Assembly: GCA_937974645.1 (NCBI GenBank)
Contig: CALJVH010000013.1
Location: 10,897 to 74,896, forward strand
DNA: 64,000 bases
Origin: an uncultured archaeon
GTDB taxonomy: Archaea; Thermoproteota; Nitrososphaeria_A; Caldarchaeales; Wolframiiraptoraceae
Reading direction: 5' to 3'
The translations under genes were made by a program, and so were the position numbers. Numbering within the stretch: position 1 is the first letter of the stretch; each line of letters opens with the position of its first letter. The notes under the pieces were generated by a model. The model saw only the letters and a list, made by a program, of their open reading frames with translations, ran no database searches and was not told the DNA's origin. Below, one piece after another: positions 36,962-46,802 of this stretch.

Positions 36962-38506
36962 TTACATGTGCCTGCTCTTGAATAGGAGCCTGGTTTCTCC
37001 CATCGTTCTCAGCTCGACCTCCTTCACCTTCACCACTATTGGAAGATCATTTACGACCCTTCCTATTATGAGGCAGTGCCTCGGAGGAAGCATCTTCGCT
37101 ATTCTCTTAACCGTATCCGAGTCTATTCTCGACGCCTTGGAGATATAGTTCAGGTCGGATTCGTTGGCGAAGTTGAAGAGGAAGATGTTGTCGGCCTGCC
37201 TGTAGATTGCTTCCGGAATGCTATCGGGCTGATTTGTCACAAATATGGGGAATATCCCTATATGCCTCATCCGCGTGACCAGGTCATCCCAATATGTCTC
37301 TCTGAGATATAAGTGGGCCTCTTCCGCCACCAAGAAGATAGGATCTATCGCGCCCTCGCGCAGGAGGCTTGAAAGCTTACTCAGCATGTACTCCACAATT
37401 ATCTTCTTCGTTTGATGGATGCTTCTCGAGAGATCTATCACTATTATCCCGCCATTTCTTGAGCTCAATATTTCCTCAATCCTCGTCGGGTTCTCGTCGT
37501 CGAAAAAGCCCGTCTCGCTAAGACTTAGGAGCCTGCTCATTAATGCCTCTCTCACGGATTCGTGCATAGGCATCCTGCCGACAATGTTTATCAGCCCCCT
37601 CAGCGTGACTCTGCCCTCATTCCTCTCAATAAGGTTCCATATCCTGATGAACTCCCTTATCGTGGTCGCGGGAGTTGTGAGTATATACTGGAGGATGTCT
37701 GTCATAGTCTTAAGACCGGCGTCCTCAACTGAAGCCCTGAAGTTCTCTCCCGGGGAGAGCACGAGGTGTCTGTCAGCTATCTTACTCATTGCCCCATTCA
37801 CTGTTTCTGAGAGACCTAAATACTCCCCATTTATGTCGAAGACCACTATCGTGGCACCATATTCAGCTAGCGCCGTTACTAGGAGTTTTGTTAGATACGA
37901 TTTACCTGTCTCCTTCTTACCCGTGATTATTGTCAGCCGGCCATCCAAATCCTCGGCGCCTAACGAGACCGCGCCATTCATGCATTCTCCAATAATTATC
38001 TGCCTCCGGCCGCATGTTCGCATGAGATCAGAAATAAGCTCAGGGGATGCTTTTTCTATTCTCGAGTTGAATCTTGATGGGAGCCAGATTATGTCGTTTC
38101 TTAGCGCTCCATCAACAATTACTCCGCGAAACTTCGCTATTATCCTCCGGGAATCTTTCACATCAAGAAGTATCGAGCCGACGCCGTATGGGTCGAAGTT
38201 TCTCATTGAGAGCTGCTCGGATGCCAGCTCCCTTAGTACATCCTCCAGGATCCCAGGAACATCAGCATACTCTGCATCTATTACTTGAGCTAAGAGAGAT
38301 CTATTGCCATCAGTTATGAGTATATAGTCTCCGCGGATTAATGGCCCCTCATCGGGTGAGGCAAGGAGCTCAATCGTATCTCCATTCTTTGAGAGAACCT
38401 TCACCCTCTTTTCACCTCCCATCAATAGGGTTAAAGAGCATATCTCGTATCGAGCCCTCCCTAAAGAGCTCTGCCCCGAGACTTCTAAGCATAGACTGTA
38501 TTGCAA
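36962..38506 (-). CDS. herA: HerA-like P-loop ATPase (HAS-barrel plus FtsK/HerA-type NTPase). Start probably MGGEKR around 38422.
   Basis: Walker A TGKKETGKSYL, Walker B IFLVAEEAHLYL, N-terminal beta-barrel-like region. Pairs with NurA. Confidence 0.45.
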   Translation of the reverse strand: MQYSLCLEVSGQSSLGRARYEICSLTLLMGGEKRVKVLSKNGDTIELLASPDEGPLIRGDYILITDGNRSLLAQVIDAEYADVPGILEDVLRELASEQLSMRNFDPYGVGSILLDVKDSRRIIAKFRGVIVDGALRNDIIWLPSRFNSRIEKASPELISDLMRTCGRRQIIIGECMNGAVSLGAEDLDGRLTIITGKKETGKSYLTKLLVTALAEYGATIVVFDINGEYLGLSETVNGAMSKIADRHLVLSPGENFRASVEDAGLKTMTDILQYILTTPATTIREFIRIWNLIERNEGRVTLRGLINIVGRMPMHESVREALMSRLLSLSETGFFDDENPTRIEEILSSRNGGIIVIDLSRSIHQTKKIIVEYMLSKLSSLLREGAIDPIFLVAEEAHLYLRETYWDDLVTRMRHIGIFPIFVTNQPDSIPEAIYRQADNIFLFNFANESDLNYISKASRIDSDTVKRIAKMLPPRHCLIIGRVVNDLPIVVKVKEVELRTMGETRLLFKSRHM

Positions 38507-39509
38507 TTACATCACTCTTCGTGAAAGTGCAGTAGTCATGAGCAAGTATCAGGAGTTCGGGATACCCGTAAATCAAAGGATCACTTCTCAGCAGGCTTCC
38601 GAAGACCTCCTCAATCCTTCTGCATGTTGCTGTATCAACCCTGTAGACATTAAATCCAGAACCGAGCCTCGCGAGAAATGTCCTTCCGAGGACGCGGACT
38701 CTCAGCTCAAGCCTCTCGATGAGCCAAGTCATGTCAATGACGTAGGGAGGCTCGACACCTAGCTTATCCTCTGTGAAAACTGATCCCCAAGACTGCAAGA
38801 TGCTAGTCTTCGAGAACGCTAGGATGTCATTGCCCCTGGGCTTAGCCTCCTCTACTATCCTTGAGACGAGCCGTAGCGGATTATCCTGCGGGCCCGCGGA
38901 GAGCGACCCATCCAAGAGTATTATGCTATCCTTGAACCGCTTAACAACATGCTCTTGGAGCTTTTTCTCCAAGAGGCTGGCCAACATCTTCTGAATTGAC
39001 CCATCCAGCTGGTAGCCCGACATGTCCAGCGGCGGTAGATCTCCGAAGATTGAGCCGAGAGTGCTGGAGATATTCTCGGGGGTCAGATATGTAATGAAGG
39101 GGCCGATTCGCTGGATCTCTAAGCCGAGTGCGTTCCTAATGGCTATACTCCCTCTAACCCCCAAGATGACGCCATCCCTCCCGACCGCCACGACAACTGA
39201 TGATGTGTCTATGGCCGCGACCTGCCTCTCCACAGCACCCTCCAAGGGAATGCTGATCACCGAGACCTCCAGCTGCTCAGCCTGTTCAAGAGGCCCAAAA
39301 CCCCATTCATTTTGAACAAAAACCTCCTCATCAAACTCCGTCGAGTAAACCCCATTGACCAGCCCTAGACTTCTCTGCCCCATCTCTAGGAAAGGCTTAA
39401 AGAGGTTCTCGAAGTCGTTTAAGCTGGGTTGAGCGAGTTGACTCATGCCCCTGGTTTCCCCGATTTTATTGACTTTCCTGTGCTTATAAATGTTGCTCAA
39501 GTTGAGCAA
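38412..39509 (-). CDS. nurA: NurA 5'-3' nuclease
   Basis: VAAIDTSS and IILLDGSL acidic motifs of the NurA RNase-H-like core; adjacent to HerA. Confidence 0.55.
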   Translation of the reverse strand: MLNLSNIYKHRKVNKIGETRGMSQLAQPSLNDFENLFKPFLEMGQRSLGLVNGVYSTEFDEEVFVQNEWGFGPLEQAEQLEVSVISIPLEGAVERQVAAIDTSSVVVAVGRDGVILGVRGSIAIRNALGLEIQRIGPFITYLTPENISSTLGSIFGDLPPLDMSGYQLDGSIQKMLASLLEKKLQEHVVKRFKDSIILLDGSLSAGPQDNPLRLVSRIVEEAKPRGNDILAFSKTSILQSWGSVFTEDKLGVEPPYVIDMTWLIERLELRVRVLGRTFLARLGSGFNVYRVDTATCRRIEEVFGSLLRSDPLIYGYPELLILAHDYCTFTKSDVIAIQSMLRSLGAELFREGSIRDMLFNPIDGR

Positions 39510-39517
39510 AATGGGAA

Positions 39518-39946
39518 ATGAGCGAGAAAGACAAAATCAGGGTGGAGATCGTGATTGGCCCCGCCACAGTGAGAGTTGAGGCTCCACCAGACCAGATAGA
39601 GGAAGCGGTGAGAAATGCTGTCACGGCCCTAAGGTCGGCTCTACCTGAGCTTGGGGCCGAAGTCTCAATGAGCGGATCCGCCATGGCCAAGCCCGTGAAG
39701 CTTAGGAGGAGGCCAACGCCCACGTGCTCCGAGCTTATAAGGGGGCTCATCGAAGAGGGCTGGCTTGATCAGCCTAAAACGTTATCCGAAGTTGTTCAAG
39801 AGCTGGCTAAGAGGGGTTACCATTATGATTCGACGGCCGTGGCGCACAGTCTACTCGATCTCGTGAGGGAGAGGGCGCTCGTGAGGGAAGGTATTCCAAG
39901 GCGTTATACTTACCGAAGGCTGTCATCCATCATTCGAGAAGAATAG
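39518..39946 (+). CDS. Small hypothetical protein, member of a 4-paralog family (N-terminal beta-hairpin plus C-terminal putative winged helix)
   Basis: MSEKDKIRVEIVIGPATVRVEA... and C-terminal LSEVVQELAKRGYHYDSTAVAHSLLDLVRERALV. Confidence 0.3.
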   Translation: MSEKDKIRVEIVIGPATVRVEAPPDQIEEAVRNAVTALRSALPELGAEVSMSGSAMAKPVKLRRRPTPTCSELIRGLIEEGWLDQPKTLSEVVQELAKRGYHYDSTAVAHSLLDLVRERALVREGIPRRYTYRRLSSIIREE

Positions 39947-39976
39947 CGGAGCAACAGTGTTCCCAGCAATCATGAT

Positions 39977-40489
39977 TTATTTCGTTCCACTTGCTGATTC
40001 CTTCCTCGAAAGCTTATCAGCCAGATATTTTATCCCAAGCGGCGTTATTGCGTAATCTCCGCGGTCGAGCCTCTTGAGAAGCTCCGACTGGACTAATTTC
40101 GTGAGGTTATTCATTATCGTCTTCTTCTTCGCCGTTAATGCCGCTTCAAGTTCTCCGGGGCTTATGTTTGGAGCCTCGATCCTCCCAAGCTTATGCTCCA
40201 AGCATTTTCTCAGGGCTAAGAGGAGGATCGCGTCCGAGACCGATTTCAGTTGGCTCAGGCTGAGCTTGAAGAAAAGTCCCTCTTGCGCATCATAGGCGAA
40301 TACGTCGCTAAAGGCTTCCAGTAGATCTTTCAAATCCGTGTTGAACGCGATCTTTCTGGCGAGCGAGTACGCTGGAAGAGCTTTCTCCATGAATGCTATG
40401 ATTTGGCGGTAGACAGCTTCTGGAGGCCCCGAAAAGCTCGTCTCGAGATCGCCGTATTTTATAGTTACCCTAAGCTCCTCTGAGCTCAC
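39977..40489 (-). CDS. Small hypothetical protein, paralog family member
   Basis: MSSEELRVTIKYGDLETSFSG...; overlaps the next gene by 4 nt. Confidence 0.3.
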   Translation of the reverse strand: MSSEELRVTIKYGDLETSFSGPPEAVYRQIIAFMEKALPAYSLARKIAFNTDLKDLLEAFSDVFAYDAQEGLFFKLSLSQLKSVSDAILLLALRKCLEHKLGRIEAPNISPGELEAALTAKKKTIMNNLTKLVQSELLKRLDRGDYAITPLGIKYLADKLSRKESASGTK

Positions 40490-40956
40490 GACCCCTCACC
40501 AAAGAGCTCGCCGATAGAGTTTGACGCGAACGAATATAATCCTTCATCAGTCTTGACTACCAGCCCAGACTTTCTGAGCTCGCTTAATCTTGCTCGAGCT
40601 ACCCGCTCATCAAGGCCTGTGTATGCCGCTATCTCCTTGGGCGCGAGATCCTCCTTGTCGAAGAGGCCCAACCTCCTACCGACATAGGCCGCTGCCAAGC
40701 AGAGGAGGATCCTCCGCTTCGCGTCCATCTCTTTCATGATAATGATCCTACCGTCCCTGAACTCGACGAAGTCCTCAAGCTTCCTAGCCAGCTCGGTCAC
40801 GTCTATCGCGCCGGTGAGCTTTCTAACGATCTCCAAGGCTGGATATGTCTCAGAGAAGAATTTGTTAATACTCCTCCAGACCTCTTCGTGGCCTCCCTCG
40901 AACTCGACCACTGTCTCACCGCATCTAATTACCACCTTAACCTTTTCCGAGCTCAT
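40486..40956 (-). CDS. Small hypothetical protein, paralog family member
   Basis: MSSEKVKVVIRCGETVVEFEG... and C-terminal IAAYTGLDERVARARLSELRKSGLVV. Confidence 0.3.
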   Translation of the reverse strand: MSSEKVKVVIRCGETVVEFEGGHEEVWRSINKFFSETYPALEIVRKLTGAIDVTELARKLEDFVEFRDGRIIIMKEMDAKRRILLCLAAAYVGRRLGLFDKEDLAPKEIAAYTGLDERVARARLSELRKSGLVVKTDEGLYSFASNSIGELFGEGS

Positions 40957-41438
40957 TCGCCGCCACCCCCACTGCCCATGAGACTCTCAACATGTTCTAT
41001 CCCCCTCCTCAGTATCCGGAAGACCTTGCGATCATTCTGCTTCCCGGCGTCCTCCATGTAGCCCTCCCGAATCAGGTGGGACATTACATCCCAGATATTC
41101 TTTGGCATAGGCCATCGAGCCTGAGCATAATATTTCTCGACATCCTCGTATGTCAGATCTCTACCCTCTTGTCTATAGAGGTAGTAGGCTATTGTCAAGA
41201 ATTTCTCCCAGTTCTTCTCGGGATTCACATGGCTCGCGAACTCGACGAAGGAGGAGAAATCACCAACTACGGCCTGCTGCTGGAGCGCCTCAACAGCCGT
41301 ATGCTGCTCAAGGTTTCCAAGCTTCTCAAGGAGCTCGTCGATCCAGCTTAGATCGGCGAATCGGGCTTCAAGAAAATCTCGATCGCCCTCTAGCTCAAGC
41401 TCCAGTCCCCCGATCTTTACCCTTAGCCTGTATGTCAT
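40953..41438 (-). CDS. Small hypothetical protein, paralog family member
   Basis: MTYRLRVKIGGLELELEG...; overlaps the next gene by 4 nt. Confidence 0.3.
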   Translation of the reverse strand: MTYRLRVKIGGLELELEGDRDFLEARFADLSWIDELLEKLGNLEQHTAVEALQQQAVVGDFSSFVEFASHVNPEKNWEKFLTIAYYLYRQEGRDLTYEDVEKYYAQARWPMPKNIWDVMSHLIREGYMEDAGKQNDRKVFRILRRGIEHVESLMGSGGGGE

Positions 41439-41567
41439 CCGTGCTCTGGAAAAACTTGTTTCCCTTAGGATATTAAGGCTTCTAGACCTGGGCGAAAATG
41501 ATCTATTTCGGTATGGATCTTGGGCACGGTCAGAGCACCAGTCACTCGGCGGCCTCTAGGGATATGG

Positions 41568-43472
41568 TCAGCTACTTTGGCCATGAACTGCCTGAGAGAC
41601 TAGCTGGTATAGCTTTCCGCCGTCGAATCTCCCGCGATAAGTTTTCATTAGCTCGCCCATGATCACTGAGATTGCTTTCCCGGGATTAGACTTCACAAGA
41701 TCGCGATTTGTCTTTATAAGCTCCGCTATACGGGCCTTGACTTCCTCTAGGCTGACGGCCTTCAATCCCAAGGCGTTGATGGCATCCTTCAGGTTCTTCT
41801 CAGGATTCTCGGCGAGCCATTTCATGATCTCAGGCGCGGCCTCCTTCGCCAGCTCCCCCCTTGCTACATGCCTGAAAAACTCGAGTAGATCTTCCTCTCT
41901 GATCCTCTCGACGTCATGGCCCTCGCGCTTCAAGCTCTTCATGTGCTCCACAAGTACCGAAGCGACAACGCTGGGCTGGACGCCGGTCTCGCCGACTATA
42001 CTCTCGAAGAGCTCAACCCTCTCGGAGTCTATCAGCTCGTCGGCGATCTGCTTGCTCACCCCATATTTCTTCGAGAGCGCTTCTGCAACCTCGTCGAGGC
42101 TCGGTGGAAGGCGACGCTTAATTTCCTCAACATACTCCTTCGACAGCGGGAGTGGTGGAATATCTGTCTCGGGATACATTCTGGCTGCTCCAGGCCTCGG
42201 CCTCAGGTAGATTGTGGTTCCATCGGGCTTGGCCCCCCGGGTTTCTGAGGGCACTCCGTGAAGCGCCTCGATCGCCCTTTCCCTAACCCTCTCAAGCGCG
42301 TCTTCAGCCCTCTCGCGCTCGGCCGCGACGATTATCACTGCGTCAAGCTCGCCCGCGCCAACTTCCATCCTTAGACTTGCAATCTCCTCCTCGGAGATGC
42401 CGTAGCCCGGCAGCTCATCCGTGTGAAATATCCCCTCGACCTCGGACCATGCTCTAGCTCTTCCCGCCAACTCGGCTCCAAGCCTTATTCCCGGGGTAGC
42501 CTCCAAGCCCAATAGCCCGGCGAAGCCTCTAAGCCTTAGTGCGAGGACGGTGCCGCCCGCCTCGATCTTCCTCCGAAGAATCTTGGATGATGTCTCGAGG
42601 AATAAGTGCGTGACATCTCTTATAGACTCCAGCTTAAGATCTTCCTCAGATACTCCTCTCTTCACGAGCTCATCTCTTATCTTGAGGAGGTGGAGTTGCC
42701 TGATCACCTCGAGCTCGACGACCTTGGGCAGAAGGTCTAGCTCTTGGACACCCTTTATCTCCGTGAGCGCTCCGTCCGATATTGAGATGTTAAGATCTTG
42801 CCTGACTGTCCCTATCCCCCTCTTGACCTTTCGCGTGGCCCTGAGTATCCTGCCTATCGCGTATGCAACTCTATACACCTCCTCGGGAGAATTCATCACG
42901 GGCGCTGTAGAGACCTCGATTAAAGGTATTCCGAGCCTCGAGAGATCATAATGCACCTCATGCGGCTTCTGCTCGAGTATCCGAGCGGCATCCTCCTCGA
43001 GCGTTATCGTCTGGAGCGGTACCTTCTTACCGTCAACCTCTATCTCGCCTCCCAGCGCTATAACGCAGGTCCTCTGAAACCCGGTCGTATTCGAGCCGTC
43101 TATGACTATCTTCCTCATCACATGGATCTCATCGACGGGCTTCGCGCTCATCAGGAGCGCGGCCGTGAGCGCCACCTCCACAGCCTCCCTGTTCAGGTTG
43201 TGCGGGGGCTCTTCATCAAGCTCCACTAGGCACGTGTTCTCGGTGTCCGCGTGGTAGACGATCATCCTCCGCTTCCGGGACTCAAAGACCGCGGCAGGAT
43301 CTAGCTCGCCAAGCTCGCTCTGAGCCTCCCTCAGCCACCTGACGAATGTTATCTCCCTGCCGCCCTCCCTCGGCGTCGTCGGGCAGTCACAGAAGAGCTT
43401 ATGCCGCGTGTCAAGCTGCCTATGGATCTCGAGGCCAACCTTCAGTCCAAGCTTCTCGTAGTCGAGCTTCAT
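41568..43472 (-). CDS. gatE: Glu-tRNA(Gln) amidotransferase subunit E. ORF extends to 43586; the likely start is MKLDYEKLG.
   Basis: GLEIHRQLDT..KLFCDCPT N-terminus, GatB/E catalytic core and C-terminal YqeY-like domain. Confidence 0.9.
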   Translation of the reverse strand: MKLDYEKLGLKVGLEIHRQLDTRHKLFCDCPTTPREGGREITFVRWLREAQSELGELDPAAVFESRKRRMIVYHADTENTCLVELDEEPPHNLNREAVEVALTAALLMSAKPVDEIHVMRKIVIDGSNTTGFQRTCVIALGGEIEVDGKKVPLQTITLEEDAARILEQKPHEVHYDLSRLGIPLIEVSTAPVMNSPEEVYRVAYAIGRILRATRKVKRGIGTVRQDLNISISDGALTEIKGVQELDLLPKVVELEVIRQLHLLKIRDELVKRGVSEEDLKLESIRDVTHLFLETSSKILRRKIEAGGTVLALRLRGFAGLLGLEATPGIRLGAELAGRARAWSEVEGIFHTDELPGYGISEEEIASLRMEVGAGELDAVIIVAAERERAEDALERVRERAIEALHGVPSETRGAKPDGTTIYLRPRPGAARMYPETDIPPLPLSKEYVEEIKRRLPPSLDEVAEALSKKYGVSKQIADELIDSERVELFESIVGETGVQPSVVASVLVEHMKSLKREGHDVERIREEDLLEFFRHVARGELAKEAAPEIMKWLAENPEKNLKDAINALGLKAVSLEEVKARIAELIKTNRDLVKSNPGKAISVIMGELMKTYRGRFDGGKLYQLVSQAVHGQSS

Positions 43473-44812
43473 GAGATAATCGCCTCTCGGATGGAGGGCA
43501 TGCTCCTCCCTCTCAGCTCGCCCGCGATCGGCGTTAGCATGAGCTTCTCCACCTCTTCTAGATCCCGGGCTCTGGCCAAGCACCATGAGAGCTTCACGTA
43601 GGCGGTCTCGGGAAGCATGTCATCAAGCGGGACGACCCCAGCCTTAAGTAGGTATCTGCCCGTGTCATACACCCTCATGTTGATTCTGCCGAAGATGCAC
43701 TGAGAGGTCATCCCGACAAAGATTCCCCTCTCCACCACCTCCTTTATCACCGGGATGAGCTTGTTAGCGACGTGACCTAGCCCAGTTCCCTCAAGTATGA
43801 TTCCCCTGCAACCGAGTTCATAGACTGCTTCCAGGACCTCCGGCGGCATTCCCGGATAAAACTTGACGAGAGTAGCATCTTTTGAGAAGCCCGGCTCAAA
43901 CCTATAGCCGCTCGACCCACGTGGATTGAGGTCTTTCCCGTTAATCCTTATCTCGTCTCCGGAGACATATGCTATTGGCTCGGAGTTCACGGACTTGAAC
44001 GCATCTCTGCTGCTCGTATGAAGCTTTCTTACGCGCGTTCCCCTGTGAATCGCTATCACCGTGTCTGAGTGCCAAGCGTGCATCGAGACGCAAACCTCGG
44101 CAAATGGCGCATGGCCGGCCACTCTAACGGCAGCAATCAGGTTCGTGGCAGCATCGCTCGAGGGCCTATCGGAAGATCTCTGAGCGCCTACGAAGACCAC
44201 GGGGACCGGGGGCTTCTGAAGGGCGAAACTTAGAGCAGCCGCAGAATACCCCATCGTATCCGTTCCATGGGCTATCACGATCCCCTCAGCACCCTTCCTG
44301 ATCAGCCTGTCCGCCTCGACCGCCATGGCGTTCCAGTGCTCCGGGGTCATGTCCTCGCTGTATAGCGAGAATAGAATCTTCGTATCGAGGTCGGCGATGT
44401 CCGCGAGCTCCGGGACTATAGAGAGCAGATCCTCCGCTGTTATGGCGGCTCTAACCCCTCCGGTCCTATAATCTATCCTGCTGGCTATAGTGCCGCCGGT
44501 GCTCATCACGACGACCTTCGGCAGACCGGGCTTCTGCGGCGGCCTTGGAGGCGGAATAAACCTCGGCTTAGCGGCGGAGGCCATCTTCCTAATGGATGTG
44601 ATCCTGAAAGAGTTTATCCCAACATTGTATCCATTTGGGAGCTTTATGACCACGTATCCAGGATCTGCGAGCTCATACCTAGCCATTAATATTCCGTAGT
44701 AGCATTCTTCTCCTGCTCGAATTTCCACCTCATCCCCGATATCAACCCCGGCCTTTTCTAAGAGGATCCTAACCCCGCCGGAGTATCCCTGGAGCGTGTC
44801 CTGATCGCTCAC
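43469..44812 (-). CDS. gatD: Glu-tRNA(Gln) amidotransferase subunit D (asparaginase-like)
   Basis: VVVMSTGGTIAS asparaginase motif. N-terminal AP domain. 4-nt overlap with gatE. Confidence 0.9.
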   Translation of the reverse strand: MSDQDTLQGYSGGVRILLEKAGVDIGDEVEIRAGEECYYGILMARYELADPGYVVIKLPNGYNVGINSFRITSIRKMASAAKPRFIPPPRPPQKPGLPKVVVMSTGGTIASRIDYRTGGVRAAITAEDLLSIVPELADIADLDTKILFSLYSEDMTPEHWNAMAVEADRLIRKGAEGIVIAHGTDTMGYSAAALSFALQKPPVPVVFVGAQRSSDRPSSDAATNLIAAVRVAGHAPFAEVCVSMHAWHSDTVIAIHRGTRVRKLHTSSRDAFKSVNSEPIAYVSGDEIRINGKDLNPRGSSGYRFEPGFSKDATLVKFYPGMPPEVLEAVYELGCRGIILEGTGLGHVANKLIPVIKEVVERGIFVGMTSQCIFGRINMRVYDTGRYLLKAGVVPLDDMLPETAYVKLSWCLARARDLEEVEKLMLTPIAGELRGRSMPSIREAIIS

Positions 44813-44926
44813 GAATTACCCATCACAGAGCCGAGGTAATAAGCTTAGACCAGCCTCTCCAGCATTTTTCCTAAGCTATCCGAGGTTAAACTTTTTATGT
44901 GATCAATTTCCGAATGAGTTTCAAAA

Positions 44927-46126
44927 ATGGTGGGGTATACCGTTCCTAGAAGGCTTCATGGTGTGGAGGCTGAAGCTGCTTTCGCGGTCCTGAGCGCGGC
45001 TAAGAAGATTGAGGCGATGGGAAGGAAGGTCGCCCACCTAGAGATAGGTGACGCGGGCTATGATACGCCGGAGCACATCAAGGAGGCGGCGATAAGGGCT
45101 CTGAGAGAGGGGAAGACCCATTACACCCCGACGACCGGGATTCCCGAGCTGAGGCAGGCGGTGGCCGAGAGCGTGAAAAGGGATTATGGAGTCGAGATAG
45201 ACTGGGAGAAGAACGTGGTGGTATCGAACGGATGCAAACAGGCTATCCTTGCATGCATGCTCTCGGTCCTAGATGAGGGGGATGAGGTCCTCTATCCAAA
45301 TCCCGGCTACCCGGAGTACGAGGCGGCGGCCAGACTTGCTGGAGCCAAACCCATCCCATATAAGCTCGTGATCGAGGAAGAGTTTAGGATAAATATCGAG
45401 AGAATCGCAGAGCTGATAACCCCTAGGACGAAGCTCGTCGTGGTCAACACCCCGCATAATCCGTGCGGCTCCATTATGCGAAGGGAGGATGCCGAGGCCC
45501 TAGTGGATCTCTCGGAGGATCATGGATTCTACATACTCTCCGACGAGATCTATAGACCGTTCCTCTACGATGGCGAAAAGCATTGCTCGCCGCTCTCGAT
45601 AAAGAAATCGCTCGACAGGATGATAATAGCTGACGGCTTCTCGAAGAGATACGCTATGACGGGCTGGAGGATCGGATACGCTCTCATCCCCGAGGAATTG
45701 ATAACGCCTGTATTCAAGCTACTGAACGTGATGACCTCGTGTCCGAGCTCAATATCCCAGTGGGCGGCTCTCGCCGCTTTAACAGGTCCCCAAGATACAG
45801 TCTATGAGATGAGAAGAGGCTATGAGCATAGGAGGGATCTCGCCGTTGAGACGCTCTCCGAGATAGGGGGCATCAAGTTCGTTAAGGCGAAGGGGGCATT
45901 TTACATAATGATAGATGTTAGAAGGCTTCTCAATAAGCTGGGAATGAATTCGGAGAAACTCGTTACGATGTTGATAGAGAAGTATGGCGTCGCCTTCCTC
46001 CACGGAACCGCCCTAGGATCATATGGTGAGGGATATGTTAGGATGAGCTTCTCTACCACCGAGGACCACATAACTGAGGGGCTTAAGAGATTCAAGCAAG
46101 CGGTCAACGATATACTCAGTTCTTGA
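44927..46126 (+). CDS. PLP-dependent aminotransferase class I (aspartate aminotransferase-like)
   Basis: Fold-type I pattern with SNGCKQA, NTPHNPCG and DGFSKRYAMTGWRIGY (Lys in SK). Confidence 0.8.
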   Translation: MVGYTVPRRLHGVEAEAAFAVLSAAKKIEAMGRKVAHLEIGDAGYDTPEHIKEAAIRALREGKTHYTPTTGIPELRQAVAESVKRDYGVEIDWEKNVVVSNGCKQAILACMLSVLDEGDEVLYPNPGYPEYEAAARLAGAKPIPYKLVIEEEFRINIERIAELITPRTKLVVVNTPHNPCGSIMRREDAEALVDLSEDHGFYILSDEIYRPFLYDGEKHCSPLSIKKSLDRMIIADGFSKRYAMTGWRIGYALIPEELITPVFKLLNVMTSCPSSISQWAALAALTGPQDTVYEMRRGYEHRRDLAVETLSEIGGIKFVKAKGAFYIMIDVRRLLNKLGMNSEKLVTMLIEKYGVAFLHGTALGSYGEGYVRMSFSTTEDHITEGLKRFKQAVNDILSS

Positions 46127-46802
46127 TCGCCTCGAAGATTAGAAGCCTCCAACAAGGCCTCCCAAAGGAATCATATATGTAATCAGAATCCGGAAGTCTT
46201 GATAGGTGATCCATTAGCTCGATCAGCTTATTCCCGAAAGGGTGGATGAGATAATCCAGAACCCTAACCTTGAAGCCGGACTCCACCATCAACTTATAAG
46301 TCCTTCCGATGCCCACGATGGAGATTATTGGAATTAGGAGCCGGCCGTCGCTCTTTAGATGAGCCGGCGCCCCACGAATGACCTCATCCAAGATCGCTCG
46401 CCCATCGAACCCTCCCCAAGTATAGCGTGGGAGAGGCTTCCTAGAGGGCGTCATGGGGGGGTTGGAGATTATGAGGTCGAACTGCTCACTCTCGACAGGC
46501 CCGTAGAGTGAGCCGAGCTTGAAGTCTATATTATTCACGGAGTTTAATATCGCGTTTAGCTTGGCGGCTTTAATCGCTCTCGCCGAGATATCTGTGGCAA
46601 CGACCTCGCCGGCGCCTAGCTTCGAGGACAGAATTGCTAGGAAGCCGGAGCCGGTTCCGAGATCCAGAACCCTGGTCCCCTTCGCAACCTTCAAGTTTCT
46701 GGCAAGACATAGCGTTGCGGTCGACGGCATATACACCTTCCGATCAACTCTAATCTTGATGCGTAGAGAGCCGATACTATACTCTACTATCCGGCCATTC
46801 AT
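46116..46802 (-). CDS. Class I SAM-dependent methyltransferase, HemK/Mtq2-like
   Basis: VLDLGTGSGFLAI motif I and IISNPPM (NPPY-like) motif IV. Confidence 0.55.
   Translation of the reverse strand: MNGRIVEYSIGSLRIKIRVDRKVYMPSTATLCLARNLKVAKGTRVLDLGTGSGFLAILSSKLGAGEVVATDISARAIKAAKLNAILNSVNNIDFKLGSLYGPVESEQFDLIISNPPMTPSRKPLPRYTWGGFDGRAILDEVIRGAPAHLKSDGRLLIPIISIVGIGRTYKLMVESGFKVRVLDYLIHPFGNKLIELMDHLSRLPDSDYIYDSFGRPCWRLLIFEAIKN

Noticed and set aside
37419-38288. 289-aa plus-strand ORF opposite the HerA-like gene
   Set aside because: Ser/Leu-rich low-complexity antisense frame. The HerA frame carries the Walker motifs.
41659-42248. Plus-strand ORFs of 110-183 aa within gatE
   Set aside because: They are antisense to a strongly supported GatE frame and Ser/Leu-rich.
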